From the human T2T-CHM13v2.0 reference genome, Homo sapiens, in assembly GCF_009914755.1 (NCBI RefSeq), contig NC_060926.1: a stretch of 64,000 nucleotides of DNA. One strand, 5' to 3'. A model generated the notes under the pieces. It was given only the letters and a program-made list of their open reading frames with translations. It ran no database searches and was not told the DNA's origin. Shown in pieces: positions 10,521 to 23,766 of the stretch. The number at the start of each line of letters is the position of its first letter. Positions within the stretch are counted from its first letter, which is position 1. Position numbers and translations under genes: made by a program.

Positions 10521-12995
10521 ATTGTATACATTTTTTCAGATTTACTTTTAAGTATATTCTTTTGAGTAGTTATACATGCTGTATTTTTTTTTGTTTTAGT
10601 GTCTATATGCTCATTCATTGCAAGTGTATAGAAATAAAACTGATTTTTTTAATGTTTATCTTATATTTGTAAACTTGCTGATCTTACATATTGTTCCAAG
10701 AGGTTTTGTATTTAAAGGTTGCCATTTTTTTTACAAAGAAAATCATGCAATCTCCAAAAAAGCAGTTTTATTTTTCTCTTTTCAACATGAACACATTTTC
10801 TGTTTTTGTTTTTGTTTTTTTTCTTCCCATAATGTGGAGTCTTGAACTTCCAGCACTATGTTGAGTAAGAGTGATAGATGTGGACATTCTTGCCTTATTC
10901 TCTATCTTAAAAAGCAGCTTTCAATCTTTTAATATTAAATATAATATTACATATGGTTTCTGTAGACATTCTTTATAAAGTTGAGAAAATGCCTGAGTAT
11001 TCCTATTTTCTATATGTTTTTATTATGAATGGATATTGAATTCTGTTAAATATTAGTACTATTTCTGCATCAGCTGAAATGATTCTGTAATGTTTCTCTT
11101 CACTTAGTTAATATTGCAGATTAAATTGATTGATTTTGAGTATTGAACCAGCTTTGCAAACCTGGAATAATAAACCCTACTTGGTTATGATGTATAGTTC
11201 TTTTTATATGTTGCTGAATTCTATTTGCTTATATTTGTTGGAAACTTTTATAGCTAAATTCATGAGGGATATTGAGGTGTGGTTTTCTTTTTTATACTGA
11301 TTGTGTCTGCTTTTGGTATCAGGGTAATACTAGCTTCAAAAATGAACTGAGTAGACTTGTTTTTTTGGAAGGTATTGTTTATAACTAGTGTTAATTCTTC
11401 CTTAAATGTTTTATAAAACATTTCACTCAAAAGTGAAATTAGCCTGAAGTTTATATTTGGGCAATTTTTAATTAGAAATTCAATTTCTTTATGGCTATAT
11501 GACTATTCAGATGTTCTATTTCATATTGTATTTTGGTAGTACATTTTTTTAAGGAATTAGTGCATTTCCTCTAGGTTGTCAAACTTATATATGTAGAGTT
11601 GTATATTGTATTCCCTTGTTAACGTTTAGATGTCTGCATTGTCTATAGTGATATCCTCTGTTTCATTGCTGATATTGGTAGTTTGCATCTTCTCTCTTTC
11701 TTTGCTAAAGGTTTATCAATTTTATGGATCATTTCCAACAACCAGGTACATGTCACATTGATTTTTTAGTTGTTATTCTGTTTTTAATTTTATTGATTTT
11801 GCTCTTGTCTTTATTATTTCTTTCCATCTGCTTGCTTTGGATTTATATAGTGCTATAAGTTTCCATCTCAGCACTGCTTTAACTGTGTTGCTCTAATTTA
11901 AATATGTTGTATTTTCATTTTAATGCAGTTTAAGGTATTTTTTATTTTCCTTGATATTTCTTCTTTGACCCACGGACTATTTAGAAGTATGTTGTTTGGT
12001 TTCTGTTTGGAAATTTTTCTGTAATCTTTCTGTCTCTGGTTTCTAGTTTGATTCCATTGTGTTCAGGGAACACACTCTACCTCATTTAAAACCTCTTACA
12101 TTTGCTGAGGCTTGTTCTATGGTCCAGTATAGGCCCTATCTTGATACATGCTATGTTGGTACTTGAAATAAACATGTATTTGATGTTAATTGGTGGAATG
12201 TTTTTTGTGAATTAGATCCTATTGGTTTATGGTGTCTGGAGTTCTTCTATATCCTTACTAGGTTTTTGTGTAATTGTTTTATCAATTGTGGAAAGACAGG
12301 TGCAAAAGTCTTTAACTATTGCTGACAATTAGTATATTTCTTCTTTCATTTCCGTTATATTTTATTTCACACATTTTTAAATCTCTGCTTTTAGTGTGTA
12401 CACATTTAGGATTGCTATATCTTCTTGATGGATTGACTCTTTCATCATTATTTAATATACTTCTCTGTCCTTGGTAATTTTTATTTCTGTTGTTGTGTTT
12501 TTCAGTCTAAAATTTCCATTTGCTTCATTTTTATATTTTGCATTTCTTTGTTGCCACTATTTTGCCATTGTTTTCAAATGTGATTACAATTGCTCATTAA
12601 AGCATTTTTAGAATGTCTGCTTTAAAATTTTTTTCCAGAGAAGTCTCACACTTTTGGCATCTTCATTTGGCCATCTATTGATTGTCTTTAACATTTATCT
12701 TCATGGTTCTTGGAATAACTAGAGATTTTCAGTTGAAACCTGGACATTAATTGAAACTTGATCTTATCTAAATTTTCTGGTTTAGCTGGCTTCCTTTCAT
12801 ACTACTTGAACAGAGAAAGGTGAAGTACCACATTGTAACTGCCAGTTGTAGATAGAAGTTCAGATTCCCACTCAGCCGTCATTGATATCCTAGCTTTCTT
12901 ACTGCTAGGCAGGGGTTGAGTACTGGCCTCCTGCTAGGTCTCCATTCCCTGTCTGGGAGGTGTAGAAATGCCACACTACTGTTCCCCAGGTAGCG
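10521..12995 (-). mobile_element. Older L1M (L1MC/L1MD-like) ORF2 and 5' fragments, with a short continuation at about 8825-8855
   Basis: Degenerate antisense ORF2 (GACATTCTTGCCTTATTC, GCTTTTGGTATCAGGGTAATACTAGC, CTAGTTTGATTCCATTGTG) followed by L1MD-like 5' sequence. Confidence 0.7.
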
Positions 12996-13359
12996 ACCCC
13001 TGAGACATCAAGACCAACTCCTCCTCTTCCTCTCCTTTCTCAGCTTATTCAACTTGAACATGACAAGAATGAATACCTTTATGATGACCCACTTCTACTT
13101 AATGAATAGTAAATAGATTTTCTCTTCCTCGTGATGGTTTTTTAATAATATTTTCCTTTCTCCAGATTACTTTATTATAATAATTCAATATATAAACATA
13201 TAACATTAAAATATTTGTTAATTGACTGTTAAAGTTATTGATAAGGTTTCCGGTCAATGGTAGAGTGGTTAAGTTTTGGAAAGTCAAAAGTTGTATGTAA
13301 ACTTGTGCCTGCATGGTAAGTTGGCACCCCTAGCCCCCACATTGTTTAAGGGTGAACTG
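12996..13359 (+). mobile_element. Tigger2a (MER28) TcMar-Tigger element, lacking its left end
   Basis: ACCCCTGAGACATCAAGACCAACTCCTCCTCTTCC...CCACTTCTACTTAATGAATAGTAAAT. Right TIR TTGTTTAAGGGTGAACTG is followed by TA. Confidence 0.88.
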
Positions 13360-13572
13360 TATAACCTATGTACATCCTCCTATATACTTTAAATCATCTC
13401 TAGATTACTTATAATACCTAGTATAAAATAAAGGCAATGTAAATAGGTGTTATACTATATTGATTTTTATTTATGTTATTTTTATTATTGTACTGTTATT
13501 TTTACAAATATTTTCTATCTGAGGTTGGTTGAATCCATGTATGCAGAACTTGTCTATATGGAGGGTCAACTG
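13360..13572 (+). mobile_element. MER2 (TcMar-Tigger), right part
   Basis: TATAACCTATGTACATCCTCCTATATACTTTAAATCATCTCTAGATTACTTATAATACCTA...GGTTGGTTGAATCC...GAGGGTCAACTG. Confidence 0.88.
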
Positions 13573-13628
13573 TATGTGTGTGTGCGTATACACAGATATA
13601 TATATATATATATATATGTATATATGTG

Positions 13629-13659
<31 letters not shown>
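13573..13659. repeat. Compound (TG)n/(TA)n microsatellite
   Basis: Read directly. Confidence 0.9.
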
Positions 13660-16589
13660 TTTCAAATATTTCAAGATATTTCAATTTTGAAATTTATTTG
13701 GAAAAAGAATCACAGGGAGCACAAGAAAATTCATAAAGTCTTTTTAAAACTACATTGGAAATTAATAGGCACCAAACTCTTCTACTTGGAGGTTTTCTTT
13801 CTATAACTTCCTGGAAAATGATTTGTGAAATATATTCACTATGTCATTACATCATAATAATATGGACAATGTTATTATCTAAATTAGCAATAATAGCTCA
13901 TTGCTTGAATCTTACCAATAATATCTAGTCTGCCTCTTGTAAAATGACAGCAAGAACTTCAAACAGGAAAACTACTTCTTACTGTTGCTGTTGAAAGAAC
14001 AGGGAAGTCCCATTACTTTTGTACAACAGGTAGCACATCTCAAACTTACAGTACATTTTAGTTGTATAAAGCACTTGAGAGTTGTGTTTTATAGTTACTA
14101 AGAAGTGAATTATTTTCAGTTCATTTCTTACTTAGTGACTATAGATAATAGTTTATAATTTGCCTCTCTAAGGAAGTCAGTATTATACTTGTCATAAAAC
14201 ATACACCCTTTAAGCTATTAACAATTACTCCTTTTACTCGTATGTCAGTATGTTTGGGGCTATGGTCCCTAATTCTTGTAGAATTATTTGTAAAGTAGAA
14301 GAGTTGTAAGAGATAAGATTAAAGGGTTTTTGAGGGGGAAATTGAAAAGGTTTAATTAACATTCTACTTCATTTTTAAACTTTTTGCTTATATACATATT
14401 TATAAAACTTATATAACAAAGTATATTTTTAAGAAAAAAACTAGTGCCCAGGATTTTTTTGTTAGTGTGGACCCATTAAGGAAGAGTGATACTAATCTGT
14501 ATTCTCTCCCTTTCCAGGTAGGCAGGGGTGGGGAATAGCCTTAATGTTTTTACAAGTCTGAGCTCTCCTTATCTTACCCCCATCTCCATTATAAGTAAAC
14601 GGCTTTGTGATTTCATTCCTATTCCAGAATAGAGAAAGGAGAGGTTATTGCTTTAATTTGAAAAAGACAAATAGCCCTGCATGGAGTTAATTTCCCAAGA
14701 GAAATGAAATTAGAGTTGTAGGTTTGGAAGTGGAAAAACCTTCAGCCTAAAACTTATAGAAACCCAGATAAAGGCCTGTTGTTTGATAGGTGATGTATGG
14801 CTCCTGGGAGCTGAATACCAGGGACCTTGGTTTGGGGAAATAAGGTGGAAGATTCCAGTGGCCAAGGCAGAAAAATAGTCAATTTTTGGTCAACTGCATG
14901 GGCTTGGTCAGGAAGCATCCTGACCAGTTCTTACCAAACCCAATGTTCTTCCTCAAGTTTTCTGGATAAAGTATGCCGCTTTGGGAATCTAATAAAACCC
15001 TAGAACCCTAGAGATTGTTGAGGCCCCCTGCCTCCATCTCCCATCCCAAAATATAATGCATGACTAGTTTAAAATTTTCTGTCAACCCTGTGTGACAAGA
15101 AGAAATAAACCATATTAGATTATTTTTAATTTTTTGAAAAGTTATGAAATGACTTTTCTTTCACTTGAATGCCATTCATGGAACAAATTCATACCTAAAT
15201 AAACTGACTAAATAACACTCTTTTTATAAAAGAAATGTGACTTTCATTTTAAAGTTAACTTAAAATCACTTGATTTATTTCCTTCTCTCTTTCATGTGCT
15301 AGGGATATAGTGGCCTTTCAAATAAAACTTGCAAAAAAATAAAAATACATGGGCATATTGAAGGTACGATAGTGCTCCTTCCTTGTTCCCTTTAATAAAC
15401 GAAAAGTAGAAAATTATGTGTGGAGTTTCTGTTAAAAACTAGGTTTTCCTTTCAAACTGCTATGGAGTGTGATGTCATCTAGTGAGAGCAAGTGAGGAAG
15501 CAATTCTACATGACATTTCTGGGATGCCCAGTGCCCTTCGTCCTGTGCCTTGGAACCAAACTCATCCAATTGTAAGATATCTAGTTTAAAATAAATATGA
15601 GTGAATTGAACACTATCAGTCATACATCAATTGACAGATTACTTAGAAACCTATGCTTTTCTTCATTGAGTTGTATTATGAAAATAGAGTAAGTAATGAC
15701 TTACATCCTCAAGAAAGAGTGATAAAATTCAAATGTTTCTTTTAAGTAGAGCTGTCAGTGAGAAGACAGATCAACATACTAGAAAACACAAATCGTTTCA
15801 CTTGTCTAATCTTTGGAGATCAGACATTTGGTAAATGTACTACTGATACGGACATATTAACAGTTATCTGTCAGTTACATGACTTTTCCCTCACTTCACA
15901 GTGAAAAATGAAGTGGCTTGCAAGGCACTTTGCAAGTTTCAGCTGACCTGACTTATTGCAATGGAGAACTACCAATATTTTTATTCTCCAACATCAGCAG
16001 ATATTATTCCCATTTAATTTTTAAAAGTTACCAGATCTGCTGTGTACTGAGAATCATTACTTTTGTTTTTGTTTGGAATGAACAGTGGTGGAGTGAACTG
16101 AGCCTATGCAGAAGTGAAGGTGTTCTTATAGAAGCCATTAATTTGTTATAAATTATCATTTAGAAATTTAGCCACTGAACACTAAGTAATAGATTCATTG
16201 ACAAGTAAGCAACCTTTCAAATGCATTTAGATGATACCAAGAGACCCCCCTCAAAATTAATTAAAGCTTTCTGAGATATGTGTATTTATAGCAGGCTCAT
16301 CTACATGTCTGTGGAAAAGTAGGATATGCTCAAAAGTTTTAGCAGATCTGCTTCGTTATGGTTCCTGCAGGTAGTCAGTTTGCCAGTCCTTAGGATGGTA
16401 ATCTAGTTCTCTGTCCAACTCAACATTTAGCAGGCATGTTGTGGGCAAATGAGCAAAAGATTTTTTTCTTGCATGTGATTGTGATAATTTTGCATAGGCA
16501 TAACTTGAAATTTTGAACTCTGTGAATATGTAGCCCATGTCAGAGGGCTGTACTGCAAGATCATGCATTTTGCGCTTTCCTTTATTTTA

Positions 16590-16730
16590 AAATGTGTTTG
16601 GCTTCTGGTTCGATCACATAGTTTTATGACCTTGCCAAAGTAACATAAATTTCCTCACACTCATTTTCCCTTATCTGTAAAGTGGGAACAGATTATTACT
16701 GAGGGAGTCGTAGTGAGTGCATATATGTAA
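16590..16730 (+). mobile_element. MIR fragment
   Basis: ATGACCTTGCCAAAGTAACATAA...CTCATTTTCCCTTATCTGTAAAGTGGGA. Confidence 0.6.
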
Positions 16731-16755
16731 ATTTTTTCTTTTTCTTTTCTTTTTT

Positions 16756-16940
16756 CTTGGCCCCTTTCCTCCATCTTTGAAGACAGCCATGGAAGTCAAG
16801 TTTTCCTCATGTCTTGGCTCTCTGACATCCTTTCTGTCTCTTCCTCTGTGTGTAAGGACTCATGTGATTAGATGGGACCCACCTGAATAATTCATAACAA
16901 TCTCCCTATCTCCAAACTAGCTGATTAGTGACCATAACCA
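16756..16940 (-). mobile_element. MLT1 (MLT1C/D/E-like) LTR fragment
   Basis: GGCCCCTTTCCTCCATCTTTGAAG...AAGGACTCATGTGATTAGATGGGACCCACCTGAATAATTCA...AATCTCCCTATCTC. Confidence 0.7.
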
Positions 16941-17995
16941 CCGAAATAAATGCTTATTAATTTACCTTTGTATGGACTCAAAACTGAAAATCATGCCTAA
17001 AATAGTAGTTTATTGTAAATGTCTTGTAGAAGAAAGCCTAGTGAATAGCAATAAAGCAAGTATGTCCTCTTATTAAGGTGTTGCATTTCCAGAAGTTATA
17101 TTTTTTCTCATATTTCTCCTATTGAACAATATTAAAGAATAGATTATGACTATTATGTGCAACATATAAATGAAATAAGAGCTTCCTTATGTTTTATTTG
17201 TACACAATTATATTATACAGCTATAATTAATTAAGTGATTAACTGACAAAGACTTCATTTTAGTTTCAGTATCTATAGGGTTAGGTTATAAACTTTGCTA
17301 ATTTGTAATAGTATTATGCTACTAATTGTTGCTAATATAATTAAAATATCTGTACTGAAGAAATTTTAGACACAACTAATATATATAAATTATGGAACTT
17401 TTAAACATTTAACAAGTTATGTTGTTCCCTAATGCAACAGTAACTTATTCCAAAACTGATTAGAATTCTATTTCTATAACTTTTATAAATTCTTATCTTG
17501 AAATTATATTATTTATGAGATAGCTTCTGAACAGCATAATTTTATTGCTATCAGGCTAGCATAAACAAATAGAAAAATACATAAGCAACAACAATAAAAA
17601 CCTTACAGTATTGATTTATTATCGTAGCTGCTTGTGCCTTTCATACAATTTTTTCACCGTCCAGAACTAATTTAATCTATGGCTTGGATTTGTCCTTGTG
17701 GATTTGTGATTAACCAGCAACTTTTGCCATTTTGTTTTCATTGCAACTCTTCCTTGTATAGACCAAAATGAACAAAGGTGTAAGTTTTGAGCCTCAAATA
17801 ACAGTGAAAATTCTCATTATTTATATTTTCTAGTCAAAAATAAGTATGTTTCACTTTTTTCCTTGGTGGTAGATAATTATTTTTCTCCAGAAAAACTGAA
17901 AATTTGTATTTGTGATTTGGAAAAACTGAGTTTTGCATGTTATCATTGTAATAGCAAAACACTTCGTTATCTATATTGCTTTATAATAATAACTT

Positions 17996-18150
17996 AAGGG
18001 TGAGGGATAAAAGACTACAAATCAGGTTCGGTGTATACTTCTCGGGTGATGGGTGAACCAAAATCTCACAAATTACCCCTAAAGAACTTACTCATGTAAC
18101 CAAATACCACCTATTCCCCAAAAACCTATGGAAATAAAAAAATTAAAAAT
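17996..18150 (+). mobile_element. L1PB-type extreme 3' end
   Basis: GGTGAGGGATAAAAGACTACAAAT...GGGTGATGGGTGAACCAAAATCTCACAAAT...AAAGAACTTACTCATGTAACCAAATACCACC followed by an A-rich tail. Confidence 0.85.
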
Positions 18151-18640
18151 CATAAGTTAGATGAATTTATTTTACTGATATTTTTCTAATTATTTGAAAT
18201 GGAAGTTTAGCTTATTGACTTTTGGCCTATGTTTTTAATATATGCTATACATTTTCTTCTAAGTTGCAAATTTCTCTCTAAGGAAAGCTTTAGCTATATC
18301 TCATAAATTTGAATAATATAGTATTTCATTACATATCAAAATAATTTCTAATTTTTATTTCATTTTTGAACCAGGATATTTAGTACTTTATTTCATAATT
18401 TGCCAAGTATGTGACATTTCAAATTCAGCTTTATTATTAGTATCTAGTTTAGTTGCTTTATAGACACAGGATATGTCCTATATGATCTGCATCCATTCAC
18501 GTATCCATTTTTATTATGTGTGCCTTTCTGTGTATTTATTACATTTCACCTAAAAGGCTGAAAGGTTAAAGCAGTCTCTCATAATATGTAATACAATTAA
18601 ATAATTATATCCTCTAGAAAGAAAGGTTTTATTTATTTCT

Positions 18641-19027
18641 ATTATAGTAGTTTGTTAGGGCTGTCTTAATAAAGTACCGAACAAGGTGGCTTAAGAAATA
18701 GAAATTTGTTTTTTGACACTTCTGGAGGCTTGAAGCCCAAGATCAAGGAGTCAGTAGGGCTGATTTCTTCTGAGGCCTCTGCTTGGCTTATTGATGGACT
18801 CTTCTCCAAGTGTCTTCACATACTTTTCCTTCTGTGTTTGTGTGCAACCTAATCTTCTCTTTTTATAAAGACAACAGTCATATTGGATTAGGGCACCCTA
18901 ATTACTTCATTTTAACTGCAGTACCACCTCTTTAAAGACTCCTTTGCCAATACAGTCACATTCTGAGGAATTGGGGGTTAGAGTTTTAACACATGAATTT
19001 TGGAAGGACACAATTCACACCATAACA
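18641..19027 (-). mobile_element. MLT1B-like MaLR solo LTR
   Basis: AGGGCTGTCTTAATAAAGTACC...TTCTGGAGGCT..AAGCCCAAGATCAAGG...CAGTCATATTGGATTAGGGC...ACAATTCACACCATAACA. Confidence 0.82.
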
Positions 19028-19229
19028 CCAATTAAAATTACTTTTTACTCATTAAAGGCAATGTAACTTCCTTTATTTTCATTACAAAGTAATTTCCTTT
19101 TATACATTTCCATACAAATAAAATAGCTGGATGTTATCTTAAGTGCTGAAAAATATATTCTTGAATATATAAACATTTTGGTGTACTCAAACTGAGATTG
19201 TTTTTCTTTAGAAAGTGCTATTGTCATAA

Positions 19230-19570
19230 TAAAAGTAATACAACAAAAAAAATAGTAGTTTTCCTTTGCAATAGCAATAGTCAACTAGGAAATGTGATGG
19301 AAAAAAATCAAATCCATTCATAATAACAACATAAACTACCATATAAACTACAAAATACAGATGAATATATCTAAGAAAGAATGTGAAAGATAGACAAAAT
19401 GAAATGTATGGAGCTTTAAAGAAGGATTTTAAAAACTTGATGAAATTGAGAGATATATGTTTTGGTTAAAACAAAACTCTATAAGCTAGTAATTTACTAA
19501 AAATTATTTATATGGTACATTATTAACTATAAAAATCGGAAATATTATGAAACTTTCTATGATGATCCCA
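19230..19570 (+). mobile_element. Degenerate old L1 (L1ME-like) ORF2 fragment
   Basis: A-rich sense ORF2-like text (AATCCATTCATAATAACAACA, ATCTAAGAAAGAATGTGAAAGA). Confidence 0.45.
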
Positions 19571-20839
19571 GTAATAGCTAATCACTAAGTTTTCCTATTT
19601 GTAAATTTTCAAGTGCACATTATTTGCTATGTCCAAAAATTTCTCAAATATTTACAATTTGTAAGATTCTATGTGAGTGTTCATACTTCTCTATCCTTGA
19701 TATCCCCAACTATAAATTGGGGACAATAATTGTGCCAGTATGACAAAGTGTTAGTTAGCTTGAAATTCTGTTAAGCTACATAAACATATAGAACACTATA
19801 AGTAAAGGAAGTTATTCATGATATGACTTGATGCAGATTAAAATTTCTGTATTGTAAAAAAATGAAGAGAAACAATAACAAAACAATTACGTGAAACAAA
19901 ACAATTATGTCTAAAACATTAAAAATATATAACCAATCAGTATGTGACACTGTTAATAAAAATTATATTGATCAATCTTTAGGTATCAGTTATTGTTCTA
20001 AGACAGCAATCCTATTTGGTTAGCATTATTGACCTCAGATGAAGCCTCTAATTCTCTCTTATCGGATAAGAATTTTTCTCTAATGATGTATAATGCAATG
20101 ACCATTGTTTTTGTAGCAAGACTTTTTCAGTGATTAAAATATTTCATTGTAACGGATTGCTAAAACTATAATTATAAAGTCAAAGGCCAGTGATATGACA
20201 GTCCCCTGTTACTTTCAATACAGGTTAGACCAATTATACTACCACAGAAATGGATCATAGTAATGTTTATTAATAGAAACATTCTGATTGAAAGCCATTT
20301 AGAAGCAGCATGGCGTGTTGGCTTATTAAAATTTTGTTGATACTAACGTTAGGAAAAATGTCTGTATTTCCTTTGTTATTTCTTTATTTATTGTTGCCTT
20401 TATGCACGTTCAAGATTGTAAGAAATCACATTAATTGTGGAGTTTTTTCCAGATTTTAGCACTGAAGTATAAATACCAGTCCTTCACTCAAGTTTCAATT
20501 TTCAGTGGAATTACCTTTTCTCATGCTTACTGTGTTTTATGTTACGATTTCGGATCCTGAATATTTTGGTTTCTTATAGCTACATGGATTGTTTTTAATC
20601 ATGGTTTTAAAATTACATTTAAAAATGTGTATTTGACAACTCTGAAAGAATGGAAATGGAAAAGCCTTCTAGAAGGTACTGCAGGTGTTGGGAAGGGCTG
20701 ACTCTGTGGCATTTATAAGTGATAGATTTTAAACATCATTCAGAAGACATTCAAATAATTATACATTTGCTTCTGTTGTTTAATACATAGATTTGTTCAT
20801 TTATTCAAGAAATTTGTCTTATCCTTTTTTTAGAAAACA

Positions 20840-22330
20840 TATTATTTTGAAATAATTCTACAGAAAAGTTATGTAATTAGCAGAGTTCCCACTTACACTT
20901 AACCTCGCTTTTAATGTTACTGCCTTTCAGAACCATAGTACAATTATCAAAAACAGAAAATTAGCATTGACTCCATAATTTTTTACTATGAATCTTACTT
21001 GATTTTTGCCAGTTTTCCACCACTATTTTTTAATAACCTTTTTACTTTAGAATAGTTTTGGATTTACAGGACAATTGCCAAGATTTACAAAGTTCCCATC
21101 TATTCCCGTTTTGTATCATGAATAAATACTAACCATTAGCAAATACTATTTCTCAATCTATTGAATGGTCTTTTTATGACATTAATGTGATAAATAACAT
21201 TGATGTTTGAATATTTAATTAACCTAGCACTCCTTCAATAAACCTTATGTGAACATTTCTTTTTTTCTTTTTTTGAAACGGAGTTTCTCTGTTGTTGCCC
21301 AGGCTGGAGTGAAATGGTGCGATCTCGGCTCACTGCAGCCAACCTCTGCCTCCTGGGTTCAAGCGATTCTCCTGCCTCAGCCTCCCGAGTAGCTGGGATT
21401 CCAGGCATGTGCCACCAAGCCCAGCTAATTTTTTGTATTTTTAGTAGAGATGGGGTTTCACTGTGTTGGCCAGGCTGGTCTCAAACTCCCGACCTCCGGC
21501 AATCCACCCGCCTTGGCCTCCCAAAGTGTTGGGATTACAGGCATGAGCCACCGCACCCGGCTGTAAACATTTCTTTAATAATACTTCAATATATGGCATA
21601 ATATCCTTTTTATATCTTGGTGAATTTGAGTTGGAACTATTTTACTTAGGGCTTACATGTCTATTTTTGAGATATTAGCTTACAGGATTTTTTCAGTGGA
21701 AGTTATATATAATGTCCTTGTGAAGTTTCTCATGAGGTTATACAGGCCTTATAAAACTAGTTGGTAAAATTTTTCTCCATTTTTAAGAATGCATAAGATT
21801 GATATTATTTCTGCTTTAAATATTTGATAAAATTTGCTTGTGAAGTTATCTGTGGTTGGAGTTTTAAAGTAGCAGGTTTTAATTGCAAATATAATTTTTA
21901 AATCAGATATAACACTATTAAGATTTTCTACTTTTTCTTGTGTTGGTTTTGGTCAGTTATATTTCCAAGAAATTTGTCTATTTATTCTAAGTCATCAAAT
22001 TTATTATTGTAAAGTTGTCTGTGATACCTTTGTATTATTTTTATAATATTTTCAAGATCTGTAGTGATACCTCTCTTTTCATTACTATAATTGGAAATGT
22101 GTATTTTTAACCTTTTTCTTCCCATCAGCATTGCTAGAGAGTTTTCCACATTTTTAAAGTTTTTCAGAGAATAAAATTTTGAATTTCTCCATTGTATGTC
22201 TGGCATATTTGCCATTAATTTATTCTATTACCATTCTTTTGTTCTTTCTTCTACTTCTTGAGATTGATTAACCGTATTTGTTTAGCTTCTTGAGATGTAA
22301 GCTTACATTAATGAGTCTTTTTTATTAAAT
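20840..22330 (-). mobile_element. Old L1M fragments (L1MC-like 3' ends then L1ME-like ORF2), split by an Alu
   Basis: ACCATAGTACAATTATCAAAA, TTTAGAATAGTTTTGGATTTACAG. ORF 21982-22215 carries ORF2-like NEKRGITTDLENIIKIIQRYHRQLYNNKFDDLE. Confidence 0.65.
21263..21561 (-). mobile_element. AluS (Sq/Sp-like)
   Basis: GAGTTTCTCTGTTGTTGCCCAGGCTGGAGTGAAATGG. TSD TGTGAACATTTCTTT / TGTAAACATTTCTTT at 21248-21262 and 21562-21576. Confidence 0.92.
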
Positions 22331-23475
22331 TCAAAATATGAGTATTCTCTGGTTTTCATTTGGATAAGTTTTGTCATGTGTATTTAGAGCTTTGTTGCTA
22401 AATTTTCAAATATTTTAATGTTTTACAAAATCTGATATTAGGCATTTGCAAACATTATTCTGCCTAAGGAATGCATGCCATAAAAAAGGTTAAGGATACC
22501 TGTAAATAAATGTAGCCATAGGAGGTACTCAAATTCAAGTAATTTTGCTTTTTATTCCAGCATACTAGATTATTTCTGACCATGGTCAGCATTTTATGTT
22601 CATAAAATCTACGAGGGCATAAATACTTTGTACTAAGGTTCTTATTCACATTGTTTTTACAAATCTGTTTTTCTTCTTTGCTTGAAATCGAATGCAAACT
22701 AATATGTTCTTTATTGCTTTTTAAGTTTGCTTAGAAATGAAGTTATACAAAAGGAATGTAGAAAATGTAACAAATAATTCCATCTAAAGACTAGTGTGAT
22801 AGGGTGGGAAATTTAGATTTGGTTCTGTCTTGTACTAGCTTTCTGATATTGTTACTTAATACAAGTTTCCTTGAGTTTTTTCATGTGTGAAATAGGGATA
22901 GTTAATAGAGATAAAACTGTCTCGAAGATGTTAAAACAATTTCTGTTACATTTTAAATATGCCATTTTTCTTGCACATCATCTACCCCTAAAGATGTCAC
23001 TTTGGGGCAGACCTTTTTTACTTTCAGTCTTCAGCACCTTTATATTGTGGTTCCTAGATATCCAGACGGGTTTAGATCTTTATGTAAGCAGCATACTTAT
23101 TACATACTTTTTATTATTGATATTTGATCCATCCGTCTTACAGTCTTCATTTTGAATAAACTACAGAACTTGATACCAGTATCAACTAGAGTTAACCATT
23201 ACCTATCTAGATAAATAATAATGATAATGGTAGTAGCAATTGTCATATATATTATTTCTTATAGACAAGGTTCTAGCTAAAATACTTTACACTTGGTATT
23301 TTATTTTTCAAAACAACACTGTATTATGTACTTATGCTCTGATATCCTCCAGCCTAATTGTGACTCATGTTTGGTAATTTAGTGAATATCAGATAGATAT
23401 ATAATGTTAGATTTTATGTAACTGGTGCTATGAGTAATATTTTCATAGTGCCATTTTCATTAAAAGTGTTGTGTC

Positions 23476-23766
23476 CTAATGTTATCCTTAATGCTATCCC
23501 TCCCCTAGACCCCCACCCCCCGACAGGCCCTGATGTGTGATGTTCCCCTCCCTGTGTCCATGTGTTCTCATTGTTCAACTCCCACTTATTAGTGAGAACT
23601 TGTGGTGTTTGGTTTTCTGGATAGCATTAGGAGAAATACCTAATGCAGACGACAGGTTGATGGGTGCAGCAAACCACCATGGCACGTGTATACCTATGTA
23701 ACAGACCTGCACGTCCTGCACATGTACCCCGGAACTTAAAGTATAATAAAAATAAATAAAATAAAA
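23476..23766 (+). mobile_element. Short L1PA (PA6-8-like) 3'UTR insertion with 5' inversion (23476-23618 inverted)
   Basis: Antisense 3'UTR (ATGCTATCCCTCCCCTAG...TGTTCTCATTGTTCAACTCCCAC) is joined to sense GGATAGCATTAGGAGAAATACCTAATG...AACTTAAAGTATAATAAA. TSD TAAAAGTGTTGTGTC / TAAAAATTTTGTGTC at 23461-23475 and 23767-23781. Confidence 0.9.
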
